From contig JBEKFP010000001.1 in the NCBI GenBank assembly GCA_050013255.1, positions 576,001-640,000 on the forward strand: 64,000 nt of DNA, in the 5' to 3' direction. The translations under genes and the position numbers were made by a program. Below the pieces are notes generated by a model. That model saw only the letters and a program-made list of their open reading frames with translations. It had not been told where the DNA came from and searched no databases. Source of the stretch: Candidatus Bathyarchaeia archaeon (GTDB taxonomy: Archaea > Thermoproteota > Bathyarchaeia > 40CM-2-53-6). Below, piece after piece: positions 9,091 through 18,900 of the stretch (positions are counted from its first letter, which is position 1; each line of letters begins with the position of its first letter).

Positions 9091-9608
9091 ACGATAAGCA
9101 CCTAGCTGTAATTACACCGCTCATACTCCTCGCCATAATGGTGGCCTTCACACAGACTCAGATAGTGCCCATATGGCTCACCGACCACCGCTCATCACTC
9201 GAATCCTCGCTGCCCGATGTCTCGGGCCTGCAATTAGTGGGCTACAATTTCAACAGAGATCTCGTGCAAGTCTCAGTCACGCTATGGAACAGAGGTACCA
9301 GCCCTCTGAACATAACTGCAATTTACTTCGACAACGTGAAACTCATCAAAGGAACAGTTGGATCCCCAACAGATCCCACAATTATCGGGTCTACGCCTGA
9401 AGGAAACCTTTCGATTACTTCAAACGATATTGTGTTCCCAGCTAGCTCCCGGTGGAACATGTTCACCGGGGGCGGCAACATACCCATCATTCAGCCTAAC
9501 GGGTTCGTTACGCTTTTCCTAGGCGTCTCATCGCCTACGCCTGGCTCCATGCACACGCTGATTGTTCTCGCAGGAGCCCAAGAGTTCGTTTTCGAACTTC
9601 AGAGATAG
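9087..9608 (+). CDS. Membrane-anchored beta-rich hypothetical protein, last gene of the coupled operon
   Basis: ATGA overlap at 9087-9090, GGAGG at 9075; N-terminal TM; VTLWNRGTSPLNITAIYFD. Confidence 0.7.
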   Translation: MNDKHLAVITPLILLAIMVAFTQTQIVPIWLTDHRSSLESSLPDVSGLQLVGYNFNRDLVQVSVTLWNRGTSPLNITAIYFDNVKLIKGTVGSPTDPTIIGSTPEGNLSITSNDIVFPASSRWNMFTGGGNIPIIQPNGFVTLFLGVSSPTPGSMHTLIVLAGAQEFVFELQR

Positions 9609-9930
9609 CGTAACAAGTGGCTCTACGAGAATCCGAATGCCATACAATTACTGCTCACGCCCGCAGATAGAGAATAGGGAACTTTTCAGCACGACGGGCC
9701 CCAGCAACCGATTCGGCGACATGTTCAGAGGTGGCATAACTAATATTCCGAGCATTATTACATGGCACCTCGCCATCTTCCTTGCTTAGCCGCCCTGACA
9801 AAATGTAACGAGTAAGCCTAACCAAGGAAGATCTGTCATTTGTTATTGATTCTAATCCGCTACATCTCAAGGGTTCGGCGTCAGATTAATACAGCATGAA
9901 TACTTGACCGTGCCATAGGCGGATACAGGT

Positions 9931-10401
9931 TTGGCTCAAGGTCCAATTGCAGCGGTGGTTATGCAGTTGAGTTTGAGATATGTTAAGGCTAGCTTGATCT
10001 ACCTGGCTGTGGGAGGAACATTACTTCTCCTGACATTCGCTCACATCTTGCCGTTTGAAATGACGGCTTTCTACTTCATGCAACTGTATGGCTTCGTTGC
10101 AATGATGATTTTCGGCTTATCGTACCTCTTCGTTCCTTCATTTTCCCATGCCTTCCTGCACAGCCTACGCTTGGCGAAAATGCAATTCTGGCTGATGAAC
10201 CTCGGAATAATCGGAATGACCGTATCATTTTCAGGTTTGATCCCGTACAATCCCAACATAACATACCTCGTGGTCAGCTCCCTCGTCGTTCTCGTCCTAG
10301 CTTTGTACCTACACGCATACAACCTGTGGCGGACAATGCGAGGTTGGAAGGGCTCGCCGGGTGAAAAACTCGCCCGAGATGTTGCCGCCTCGAAACAATA
10401 A
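9931..10401 (+). CDS. 4-TM membrane protein resembling the C-terminal helices of heme-copper oxidase subunit I
   Basis: QLYGFVAMMIFGLSYLFVP...LAKMQFWLMNLGIIG pattern. Confidence 0.6.
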   Translation: MAQGPIAAVVMQLSLRYVKASLIYLAVGGTLLLLTFAHILPFEMTAFYFMQLYGFVAMMIFGLSYLFVPSFSHAFLHSLRLAKMQFWLMNLGIIGMTVSFSGLIPYNPNITYLVVSSLVVLVLALYLHAYNLWRTMRGWKGSPGEKLARDVAASKQ

Positions 10402-10457
10402 CCAAACAGTTGCGAACAAACAGGCAGGTAAGTGCCGTGTCACGACTGTTTCGGAGT

Positions 10458-10688
10458 ATGCTCGATAAATCATTCTTAATTCTTCTAGCGGCTCTCGTTG
10501 CAATCGCATTCTCACTATTCACGATTTTCCACTTCTTATTGCTCTCACAACTCGGCGAACCCGACGGTTTGACCGCATTTATTGTGGTTGCTTGTCTGTT
10601 AGTTGCTTGTTACGTGCTTGGGTTCATCGCGATGGCGTTTTTCGGGCTTTTCGTCTTAACGGAATTTTGGTGTCGAGGCAAGAGGTAG
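10458..10688 (+). CDS. Small 2-TM hypothetical protein
   Basis: Two hydrophobic helices, co-oriented with neighbours. Confidence 0.4.
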   Translation: MLDKSFLILLAALVAIAFSLFTIFHFLLLSQLGEPDGLTAFIVVACLLVACYVLGFIAMAFFGLFVLTEFWCRGKR

Positions 10689-10794
10689 CCATTGGTACGG
10701 GCAAGGGTCTTGTTGGTCTGCCTTCGAACAGAAGAAAGTATTCAAATACGGTGTGTTGATTCTAACGGCGTATATTTCAGGCCGTGTGTTGAGC

Positions 10795-12009
10795 ATGGTT
10801 GATGGTTGGTCCCCTCCCAAAAATGCGAAAATTTGGGGCCATTTGTTCAACGAAGTGGTCCGTGCAAAGCACTGCATGATGTGCGGCGCCTGCGTCGCCT
10901 CATGCCCGATTAATGTTCTCAACGTGAATGTAAATGAAGAACCAGTCATCAAAGGACCATGTGCCGCCTGCCAGGTTTGCTATTACAGCTGCCCCAGGCT
11001 GGAGTTTCCTTTGGATGAAATTGAGTACTACTTGTTCGGTAGGACTCGGAAACCCGAAGAAGAGTCACTGGGGATTTACAGGAATATTTACTCCGCGAGA
11101 GCGTTGGACGAGGAGATTTGGCATGCAGGCCAAGATGGCGGAACCGTAATAGCGCTAATGACCCACGCCCTCCAAATAGGACTGATTAACTCCTTCGCCA
11201 CATCAGACTTCACGAAATCTAACTCGGTCTTCGTTCTTGGCAACGGAATGACCCTCAAGACAGTGCCCGTAGTAGGGGATACTGCAGCCGACCTAATTCG
11301 AACAGCCGGTTCGAAGTACACTCATGGCGGCGTTCTCGGCGTCTTGTCCGACGCCGCCGCATCATACCCCGATGGGCGAGTTGGTTTAGTTGCCCTTCCG
11401 TGCGAACTACAGGGACTATGGCGAATGTACACATCGCTGCAGGCCACGGTGAAATTTGGTGGCTCTTGGATCAGAGGTGGAAGACCAGTTCTAACAGTTG
11501 GGTTGTTCTGCTCGAAAGTGTACACACACGACCAGCTCGTCACCGAATTTATCCAAAAGAAACATGGGATAGACCCTGCAAAGATTACTAGGACGGTTGT
11601 CAAGAGGAACCGGTTCAAAGTCTACGTCGGAGCCGACCCCGTCCTCGACGTTAACATCAAAGAACTTGAGCCATACATGAGCCAACCGTGCCATTACTGC
11701 ATCGACTACGTTGCCGAATTGGCGGATATTTCGGTTGGCGCAGTCGGTTCAGCTGACGGCTGGACAACCGTTATCGTGCGTTCGGAAATGGGACAGAAAT
11801 TATTCGATAGCGCGGTCAGGTCCAAGGTCATCGAAGCTGCTCCTATAGAAATGGTCAAACCCACCGGACTACCATTCCTTGTTAAGCTCTCTAACAAGAA
11901 GAAACGGGAACGCAACGCATACTACCTGAGGCGGGGGTTACGCGAAGGGTTCCTTGAGCAAAGAAAACATGAACTCCTCCAAATTACCCCTGTCCCGACA
12001 GCCCAATGA
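10795..12009 (+). CDS. Coenzyme F420 hydrogenase/dehydrogenase beta-subunit family protein (FrhB/FpoF-like)
   Basis: N-terminal 2x[4Fe-4S] (CMMCGACVASCP, CAACQVCYYSCP), GQDGG, AGSKY, LPC, GLFC, CHYCIDY.AELADISVG, GWTTVIVRS. ORF opens at 10753. Confidence 0.9.
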   Translation: MVDGWSPPKNAKIWGHLFNEVVRAKHCMMCGACVASCPINVLNVNVNEEPVIKGPCAACQVCYYSCPRLEFPLDEIEYYLFGRTRKPEEESLGIYRNIYSARALDEEIWHAGQDGGTVIALMTHALQIGLINSFATSDFTKSNSVFVLGNGMTLKTVPVVGDTAADLIRTAGSKYTHGGVLGVLSDAAASYPDGRVGLVALPCELQGLWRMYTSLQATVKFGGSWIRGGRPVLTVGLFCSKVYTHDQLVTEFIQKKHGIDPAKITRTVVKRNRFKVYVGADPVLDVNIKELEPYMSQPCHYCIDYVAELADISVGAVGSADGWTTVIVRSEMGQKLFDSAVRSKVIEAAPIEMVKPTGLPFLVKLSNKKKRERNAYYLRRGLREGFLEQRKHELLQITPVPTAQ

Positions 12010-12181
12010 ACTCCCAACCTACTACCTACCGAGCATAGAAAGAGTTCATTGAAACATGAACCATGCCAAACCACCCAACGCTTGAAATGGGTCGGAAATT
12101 TTCCACCAAGTAGGTTTGAGTTCTACCAAGTGGAAATAGGTTTATCAGGTTTCTTTGAGACTCTGCCTTGCGGATCGAATC

Positions 12182-12823
12182 ATGAGCCAAACAAAGGAAA
12201 CAAAGGAACCGAATCAACCGAGTCGCAGTTCCGGTAGCAAATTGACCATCGCCGGCCTCGCTCTTGTTGCTGTTCTCAGCTTAGCTTTTGCAGGTTACAC
12301 TGCTCTTAACCCTCACATGTCGACTGTTACTCAACAGCAATTGCTGACAAACACGCAGAGCTTCTACAATACGCAAACCCAGACGGCGACAAGCCTTAGC
12401 ACGGTAACCAGCGTCCAAGTGGTCACGCAAACAACAACTACTGGGTATGGTAATGGATATTATCAGAACTGTCCGTACTACGGATGCGCCTACCCACCCC
12501 AGAATTACAATCCAGCGTACAGCAACTACTACTATTATCAGCCTCCGTGTCAAGCAAGCAGCGCAAGTAGTAACGCCGTTTCATGCCAAGGATTCTTCTA
12601 CCAAGCCTCAAACGGATGCACAGTGCTGGTAATTCCGGTAAGGAATCCAGCCATTCAGGAGAGCTACGTCTACCAATACTATACGTTGCAAAATCTGTCC
12701 ACAACCTATCCCAATTGGACATGGGTAACTGTGAATGGACAACTATACCAGGGCAGCAACACAAGCTCCAACGGCGCAGCATGTCCCGGCAACTACATCA
12801 CCGTTAGCTCGATCTCGCAGTAG
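12182..12823 (+). CDS. Membrane-anchored Thr/Tyr/Gln-rich, Cys-containing surface protein
   Basis: N-terminal TM, Thr-rich linker, Tyr-rich segment, 6 Cys. Confidence 0.65.
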   Translation: MSQTKETKEPNQPSRSSGSKLTIAGLALVAVLSLAFAGYTALNPHMSTVTQQQLLTNTQSFYNTQTQTATSLSTVTSVQVVTQTTTTGYGNGYYQNCPYYGCAYPPQNYNPAYSNYYYYQPPCQASSASSNAVSCQGFFYQASNGCTVLVIPVRNPAIQESYVYQYYTLQNLSTTYPNWTWVTVNGQLYQGSNTSSNGAACPGNYITVSSISQ

Positions 12824-12907
12824 ACCGAATCAATCTATAGAAGCGAAACTATAGAGGCAAAACTTAGCGCCGGTTGCCCTCCCATTTCTTAGGTTTAGAT
12901 AGGTAAC

Positions 12908-14365
12908 TTACGACGCGTTGACTGTTACGCTCTTTATTCGCGTGTAATGGTTGATTGCTTGTAGGCCGCTTTCGTAACCTATCCCGCTATCCTTGTAGCC
13001 GCCAAACGGAGTCTGAGGGTACGCGACTAGGTAATCGTTTACTGCTACCACGCCAGCTTGAAGTTGGTTAACGAGCCGTTGAGAGAGTTTCAGATCATTA
13101 GTCCACAGACCCGCGTATAACCCAAACTTGGTATCGTTCGCCATCTGAACAACCTCCTCAACCGACTTGAATTTGAACACAGTTAACACTGGACCGAAGA
13201 TCTCTTCACATCCAATCTGCATGGTGGCGGTGACGTCTGTGAAGATCGTTGGTTTGAGGAAGTAGCCTTTACGCAAGGTTTGTTCTTGTGGTACAGTGCC
13301 TCCAGTAATTAGGCGTGCTCCGTCCTCACTCCCGGACTTGATGTAGTTCAGTACACGTTCTTTCTGGTCTTTGGAAACTAACGGGCCTAATTCGGTTTTC
13401 TCGTCTTGGCCAGGTCCAATCTTAATGAGTTCGGTCTGCTTCTTCAATTCGGTGAGAAATTTTTCGTATATCTCATAGTGAAGAAACAGTCGAGAACCGG
13501 CCCAACACATTTGCCCTGCGTTTGTGAAGATTGCGTACTTTGCCATTTGCACAGCCTTTTGAAAATCCGCGTCAGGGAAAACTATGTTCGGATTCTTCCC
13601 ACCCAATTCCAATAGAACTGGCGTAACATTCTTCGAAGCTGTTTCCATGATCTGCTGACCAGTTTCTGTAGAACCGGTAAATGTGATACCGTCTATACCA
13701 TGGTTGGAAATCAATTCCCTACCAGCCACAGATCCGGAGCCAGTTATGACGTTCAGAACGCCGTCAGGGATGCCTGATTTCTGAGCGTATTCTGCAATTT
13801 TGAGAAGTGTCAGCGGTGTCAATTCCGCAGGTTTCGCCACAATGGTATTTCCCGCGGCGAGCGCTGGAGCGATGCTCCTTGCGGCGAGGGCTAGTGGATA
13901 ATTCCATGGTATGATGTGCGCTGTCACGCCGACGGGTTCGCGGAGGGTGTATGTTAACCTGTTAGGCGTAACGGGAATCGTTTCGCCCTCGATTTTGTCC
14001 GCAGCGCCGGCCCAGTACTCGAAAGCGCGGACCGCCCAAGCCACGTCTCCCTTCGACTCTCGAATTGGTTTTCCTTGATTGAGGGTTTCAAGTTTCGCGA
14101 GCTCGTCAAAGTTTTGGCGCATCAACGCCGCTATTTGCATCAGCAACTTACCGCGTTTCGTTTGTTCCATGTCACGCCAGCTAGCGGCCTCGAGAGCTCT
14201 ACGCCCCACTTCTACGGCTTCGCGGATATCGTCCTTCGTGGCCCTTGGGACACGCCCTATCACATCCCCCGTTGCAGGATTTCTCAATTCGAACGTTTCT
14301 GTTGAGCTACCCGCTGTCCATTTTCCGTTCACAAAGAACTTCGAAGTCTCAGTTTGCATAGTCAA
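12908..14365 (-). CDS. NAD(P)-dependent aldehyde dehydrogenase
   Basis: PWNYP, FTGSTETG, LELGGKNP, NAGQMC, EEIFGP, PFGGYKDSG. Confidence 0.95.
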   Translation of the reverse strand: MTMQTETSKFFVNGKWTAGSSTETFELRNPATGDVIGRVPRATKDDIREAVEVGRRALEAASWRDMEQTKRGKLLMQIAALMRQNFDELAKLETLNQGKPIRESKGDVAWAVRAFEYWAGAADKIEGETIPVTPNRLTYTLREPVGVTAHIIPWNYPLALAARSIAPALAAGNTIVAKPAELTPLTLLKIAEYAQKSGIPDGVLNVITGSGSVAGRELISNHGIDGITFTGSTETGQQIMETASKNVTPVLLELGGKNPNIVFPDADFQKAVQMAKYAIFTNAGQMCWAGSRLFLHYEIYEKFLTELKKQTELIKIGPGQDEKTELGPLVSKDQKERVLNYIKSGSEDGARLITGGTVPQEQTLRKGYFLKPTIFTDVTATMQIGCEEIFGPVLTVFKFKSVEEVVQMANDTKFGLYAGLWTNDLKLSQRLVNQLQAGVVAVNDYLVAYPQTPFGGYKDSGIGYESGLQAINHYTRIKSVTVNAS

Positions 14366-14415
14366 AGATTACACACAACTGTTACGGCGCAAATCTGAAC
14401 CGAGCGGTTATGATG

Positions 14416-15048
14416 CTAGGCTAGTTTAGAGTTTGCTTGTGCCACTAGTTCGCTTAAGCTAGTTTCCTTGCAAAGCTCTGGAGGTAGGCCGCATAAACAT
14501 AACAGTGCCGAAATTATGTTCGCTTCATCGTCGATAGTTTTTCTGATCTCTGATTCAATCTTTTTCAGTTCAGTCTCCGTCTGCCTGAATGTATGACCTA
14601 TGAAGATTTTGGGTGTAAACCCGGCACCAATCTGCATGAACCTGCCCCCAATCAGCAAGAAGGGAATCTCTTTGTCCGAATTGAATTTGCGCACCAGTTT
14701 CTCATCAGTCTTCAATAGTTTCTGAAGAGGCTTGAACTCACGATCCTTGGTCTCCCGAGAGGCGAACTCGATGTGTGGGCTGTTATAGGAGGCCTTCGTG
14801 AAATCATAGGTCGGCAGGTTGAGGAATGGCTCATCCCTAGCTGCGCTCATTGTCTGTTTGAGGCCATCCCACTGCCCGAATTTCTGCAGAGCCCTAACTA
14901 TGGCCCAACGTTCCGCGGCGCAATATGGGCAGTATTCAGCGCCCATAAAGAAGACGTAGAGCTTCCCGCCACGTCTCATAACGTTCTCTGAGACCTCCAC
15001 AAACTTGCCCAGAACCTTAACCTGCCTGCTCATTGCTTGCTTACTCAT
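14416..15048 (-). CDS. DUF929 family thioredoxin-fold protein
   Basis: FMGAEYCPYCAAERW..ALQKFG, IPFLLIGG. ORF extends to 15087. Confidence 0.8.
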   Translation of the reverse strand: MSKQAMSRQVKVLGKFVEVSENVMRRGGKLYVFFMGAEYCPYCAAERWAIVRALQKFGQWDGLKQTMSAARDEPFLNLPTYDFTKASYNSPHIEFASRETKDREFKPLQKLLKTDEKLVRKFNSDKEIPFLLIGGRFMQIGAGFTPKIFIGHTFRQTETELKKIESEIRKTIDDEANIISALLCLCGLPPELCKETSLSELVAQANSKLA

Positions 15049-15379
15049 TGCTCTGCCGCGCCGCCACGGAATATTAATGGTTATCATTTATTCCTACCTG
15101 TACCTTTCGACAAAAACAAGCTAACTTTTCCTCTCTGTAAACTTTCAGGAACCTTAAACGCGCTCACCCGAAGAAGAGGCTCATCACCCACAAAAGTGTC
15201 AAAGGCGACGCTAAGAATGGATTAGCGTGTGTCTTCCCAAGTTTGAAAGACCGACAAAGGGTTAGTTAACTGCGCAGTCGATGGTTCCAAGGAGAAGGCT
15301 TTGGTTCAGTTATTCAGGACTGAGAAGTCAAAGGTCTTTTAAACTAAGGATCGAAAACATCTGTGTTGGAGGATTTGTT

Positions 15380-15826
15380 TTGCCAGTTGAGGTACCTGAG
15401 AAAGATACAATCGGCCAAGTGATGAGCAGCCCGGTCACAACGATGGACTCAAACGGTACGCTTGACCTTGCCGCGAAATTAATGGTTCAACACGATATAG
15501 GATCGGTTATTGTGGTCGATGGAAAGAACCCTGCCGGGATTGTTACTGAACGAGACGTAACGAAACAAGCGATCAAGGCAAGTAATGTACTCAAGATGCC
15601 AATCAAACAGGTAATGTCTAAACCACTTGTTACAACAACGCCTAGCATGTCTGTTCAAGATGCCTTGGAGTTGATGCTCACGAACAAGGTCCGCCGTCTA
15701 CCTGTTCTTGAAGGCAAAGAAATGCGAGGAATAGTCACGACACAAGATATCATGCGTTGGGTTCTCCGCGTTTCATATGAGCCCAATATACCAAAACACG
15801 TCAAAGCGATCTTGGAAATACACTAA
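15380..15826 (+). CDS. CBS-pair domain protein
   Basis: VMSSPV, GIVTERD, VMSKPL, RRLPVL; GGAGG plus TTG at 15380 (ORF opens at 15281). Confidence 0.88.
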   Translation: MPVEVPEKDTIGQVMSSPVTTMDSNGTLDLAAKLMVQHDIGSVIVVDGKNPAGIVTERDVTKQAIKASNVLKMPIKQVMSKPLVTTTPSMSVQDALELMLTNKVRRLPVLEGKEMRGIVTTQDIMRWVLRVSYEPNIPKHVKAILEIH

Positions 15827-15891
15827 GCGGCCTCAATTCCCAACTATCTGTTGCCTCTGGGCTTTGGGGAATTACACGGAGGACCAGAGCG

Positions 15892-17043
15892 CTGAAGGTC
15901 GCAATATTCGGTTCTGGTTTGATGGGTTCGGCAATAGCGCGGGACCTGGTTAGATCGAAAGTTGTTGACGAGGTCTCGGTTTACGATGTTGATCGAAAAC
16001 GCTTGAACGCATTGGCGCGGGGAGTGAACTCAAGCAAGCTGTCGGTCAAGGTTCATGATGTGCGCCGTCGTTCAAACACCGTCAGGCTTCTGAAGCGATT
16101 TGATGTTGGCGTAGGAGCTCTACCTCACGGGTTGAGTGAGTATGCTATCGAATCAACGATTCGGGCAGGAGTCAATTTCGTTGACCTGATCTTTGGATGG
16201 CGCTTCGGACAGAAGGAAGTCCATAGAGCAGCTCGGAGAAAAGGGATGACGATAATACCTGCGTGCGGGTTGGCCCCCGGCTTAACCAACATCCTCTCGA
16301 TGGCTGCAGCAGAGCAAATGAGTAAAGTTCACGAAGTTCACATAAAAGTCGGTGGCATCCCAGAACAGCCAAAGCCTCCGCTGAACTATCGAATCGTCTT
16401 CTCCTTTGAAGCAGTTCTTGAGGAGTACCTTCGGAAAGCAAGAATCGTCAAGAACGGAAGAACCACAGACGTCCCAGCTCTAAGCGGTCTTGAGATGGTG
16501 AGATTTCGCCCGCCGGTGGGGTATTGCGAGTGTTTCTACACCGATGGGCTATCCACCCTTGTACAAACAATGAAGGGAGTTCGTGAGATGGATGAAAAAA
16601 CAATTCGTTGGCCAGGCCATGTTGCCCAAATCAAGACGCTGATCGAGTGTGGACTACTCGAAAACGAACCTGCATACTTCGAAGGAAACCTTGTTGTCCC
16701 TCGCAAGTTTGTGGCCAAGATGTTGTCCGATCGAATCAACCTTGGCAACGAGAAGGATCTCACCTTGCTCAGAGTCGACCTAACAGGAACGAGGAAGAAT
16801 GAGAGAGTGCACCATCGGTATGAAATGATAGATCACTACGATGACAGACAGAGAATGACCTCCATGGCACGAACCACAGCCTTCCCATGCTCAATCGCGG
16901 CCCAAATGCTAGGTACAGGCAAAATTACTGAGAAAGGGCTTGTCCCCCCAGAAACAGCCTTTAGAGGAGAACTGCGCGCGACGTTCCTCAGATACTTGCA
17001 CCTGAGAGGAATGAAAATCAGTTCTAGAACCATGCGGCCGTAA
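15892..17043 (+). CDS. Saccharopine dehydrogenase / lysine 6-dehydrogenase family
   Basis: KVAIFGSGLMG Rossmann motif upstream of the track start; CGLAPG, VGGIP, KTIRWPGH, TSMARTTAFP; probable CTG start at 15892. Confidence 0.9.
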   Translation: MKVAIFGSGLMGSAIARDLVRSKVVDEVSVYDVDRKRLNALARGVNSSKLSVKVHDVRRRSNTVRLLKRFDVGVGALPHGLSEYAIESTIRAGVNFVDLIFGWRFGQKEVHRAARRKGMTIIPACGLAPGLTNILSMAAAEQMSKVHEVHIKVGGIPEQPKPPLNYRIVFSFEAVLEEYLRKARIVKNGRTTDVPALSGLEMVRFRPPVGYCECFYTDGLSTLVQTMKGVREMDEKTIRWPGHVAQIKTLIECGLLENEPAYFEGNLVVPRKFVAKMLSDRINLGNEKDLTLLRVDLTGTRKNERVHHRYEMIDHYDDRQRMTSMARTTAFPCSIAAQMLGTGKITEKGLVPPETAFRGELRATFLRYLHLRGMKISSRTMRP

Positions 17044-17181
17044 GAACTCGTCTAGTCCTCTTCCATGATTCGCCGAGAGAGTTTCTATTTTTAATGGATT
17101 TCGAAAACCGGTTCTGGTAACCGTTGATTTGTCTTATATCAAATCTCAAGGCATGGACAACGAAAGAAGTACGAGAGCTGG

Positions 17182-18039
17182 GTGCAAACAATGGTAGGTC
17201 TCGACAGAACAACTCGAATCGATACCGTCGGCGACGTCATGACGGGATGGGTAGTTACGGTTGGCCCCACGGATTCATTGTTGACTGCCCGAGACCTGAT
17301 GACCCGAAACCAAGTGTCTCAACTTGTAGTCGTAGATCAGCGTAACCGGCCTGTCGGCTTCATATCCAAACGTGCAATCGCTCGATTTCTCCTAGAGGAT
17401 TCGACAACACGCGGCCTAGAAGACATCCCAGTTTCAGAAGCCACCACCGATTCAATTCCGACCCTTAGGCTGGACTTCCCGGTTTTCAATGCCGCACGTC
17501 TTTTTGACACGGAAAACATCGCCTACGCTGTAATCAGCAACGATGATCCCCTTGCAGGAATTATGACGGAAACAGACCTCTGTCACTACTATTCGCAGAA
17601 GTGGCCTCACAAATTCAAGGTCGCTGATTTCATGACCAGAGATTTCATCTTCGCGAAAAGCAACTACCCTGCGGTACATGTAGCTCACGCAATAGTTTTC
17701 CGTCAGCCAAGCGTCCCCGTCATAGATGAGGAGCTAGTGGGCATCCTAACTCTATCGAACATCCTATCAATCAGAGAGAAGACACCCAAACCATCGAATG
17801 GAAGGTTGACCGGAACGCAAGAGAAGGATGTTGCGCTGATTACCACGAAAGAGCTGATGACGCCAAACCCAATTACAACCTACGAAGATACAGACTTGGC
17901 ACAGGCAGCGCAGATAATCATCACCAAGGGAATAGGAAGCCTCCCGGTAACAGACAAGGAACCGAATGTAGTAGGCCTTCTCACCAAACATGACATTGTC
18001 AAAGCACTCGGCACAATCGGCAGAAACCTGATTGCATAG
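17182..18039 (+). CDS. Four-CBS-domain protein
   Basis: Repeated CBS motifs (VGDVMT, GIMTETD, VADFMT, LMTPNP, VGLLTKHDI). Confidence 0.85.
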   Translation: MQTMVGLDRTTRIDTVGDVMTGWVVTVGPTDSLLTARDLMTRNQVSQLVVVDQRNRPVGFISKRAIARFLLEDSTTRGLEDIPVSEATTDSIPTLRLDFPVFNAARLFDTENIAYAVISNDDPLAGIMTETDLCHYYSQKWPHKFKVADFMTRDFIFAKSNYPAVHVAHAIVFRQPSVPVIDEELVGILTLSNILSIREKTPKPSNGRLTGTQEKDVALITTKELMTPNPITTYEDTDLAQAAQIIITKGIGSLPVTDKEPNVVGLLTKHDIVKALGTIGRNLIA

Positions 18040-18117
18040 GCCTGAATTAATCATGACTGATTACTAGGAGCACGCACACCAGTTTCGCTAAGATTCTTAC
18101 CGTTCAACCATTGGCGA

Positions 18118-18900
18118 TTATGCTCCGAATAGTCGCGGGATAAGGGACCCGACGAGATATCCGATTGCGGCGGAACCGCCTCCGATAAATAGCACTTGAA
18201 TCCCGCTACGGAGCAGCGCCATCCTAGCTAAACGCCCCTTTACCACGCCCAATACAAACAGAGCGAACGCAGTCGTTACGAGCGAGACTGGTAGTGCGAG
18301 AACCAAGGGCCACAGAAGATACGGCCATAGCGGTATGAGGGCGGCGCTAGCATAGGATGAACCTACAACGATTGCGTCCTTGGGCGCCGTATTCGTTTCT
18401 CCGTGTGGTAGGCCTAATTCCTTCTCTATCATTGTCTTGTTTAGAGAAGTAGTTGACCGAGCGATGATTTCGCTTGCCAGTTTTGCGTCTTCCGTGCTGA
18501 GTTCCTCTTCTCTCAATAGCATTTCGAGTTCCAGACGCTCCACTTCTGGATGGTCTCTGATTTGAGATGTTTCATCCTCGATTTCTGATCGGAACAATTG
18601 GTTCTCGGCCTGACTGGCTAAGAAGCTAGCAGTACCCATCGCGAGCGCCCCGGCAGCGGCCTCTGCTAGGCCACCAACTATGACTGTGACTGGGCTGAAG
18701 GCCGCAGCTGCTAAACCTGTAACAACGGCTAAGGGTACAAGTAAGCCGTCTTGGAATCCGAGAACAAGTTCCCGCACGCGTGAGAGGCGAGAGATCCTTC
18801 CCTTTTCGCTGAGGGCTCTAATCCGTAGTTCCTCTCCTGAGGTGGGGTGCGGAGGTCGTTTACTTCTGGACTTGAGCCGATGATTTGTGGGGTTAGTCAA
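18118..18900 (-). CDS. VIT1/CCC1 family Fe/Mn transporter
   Basis: RELVLGFQDGL, AGALAMG..LAS, ELGL, LIPLWPY. Confidence 0.9.
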   Translation of the reverse strand: MTNPTNHRLKSRSKRPPHPTSGEELRIRALSEKGRISRLSRVRELVLGFQDGLLVPLAVVTGLAAAAFSPVTVIVGGLAEAAAGALAMGTASFLASQAENQLFRSEIEDETSQIRDHPEVERLELEMLLREEELSTEDAKLASEIIARSTTSLNKTMIEKELGLPHGETNTAPKDAIVVGSSYASAALIPLWPYLLWPLVLALPVSLVTTAFALFVLGVVKGRLARMALLRSGIQVLFIGGGSAAIGYLVGSLIPRLFGA

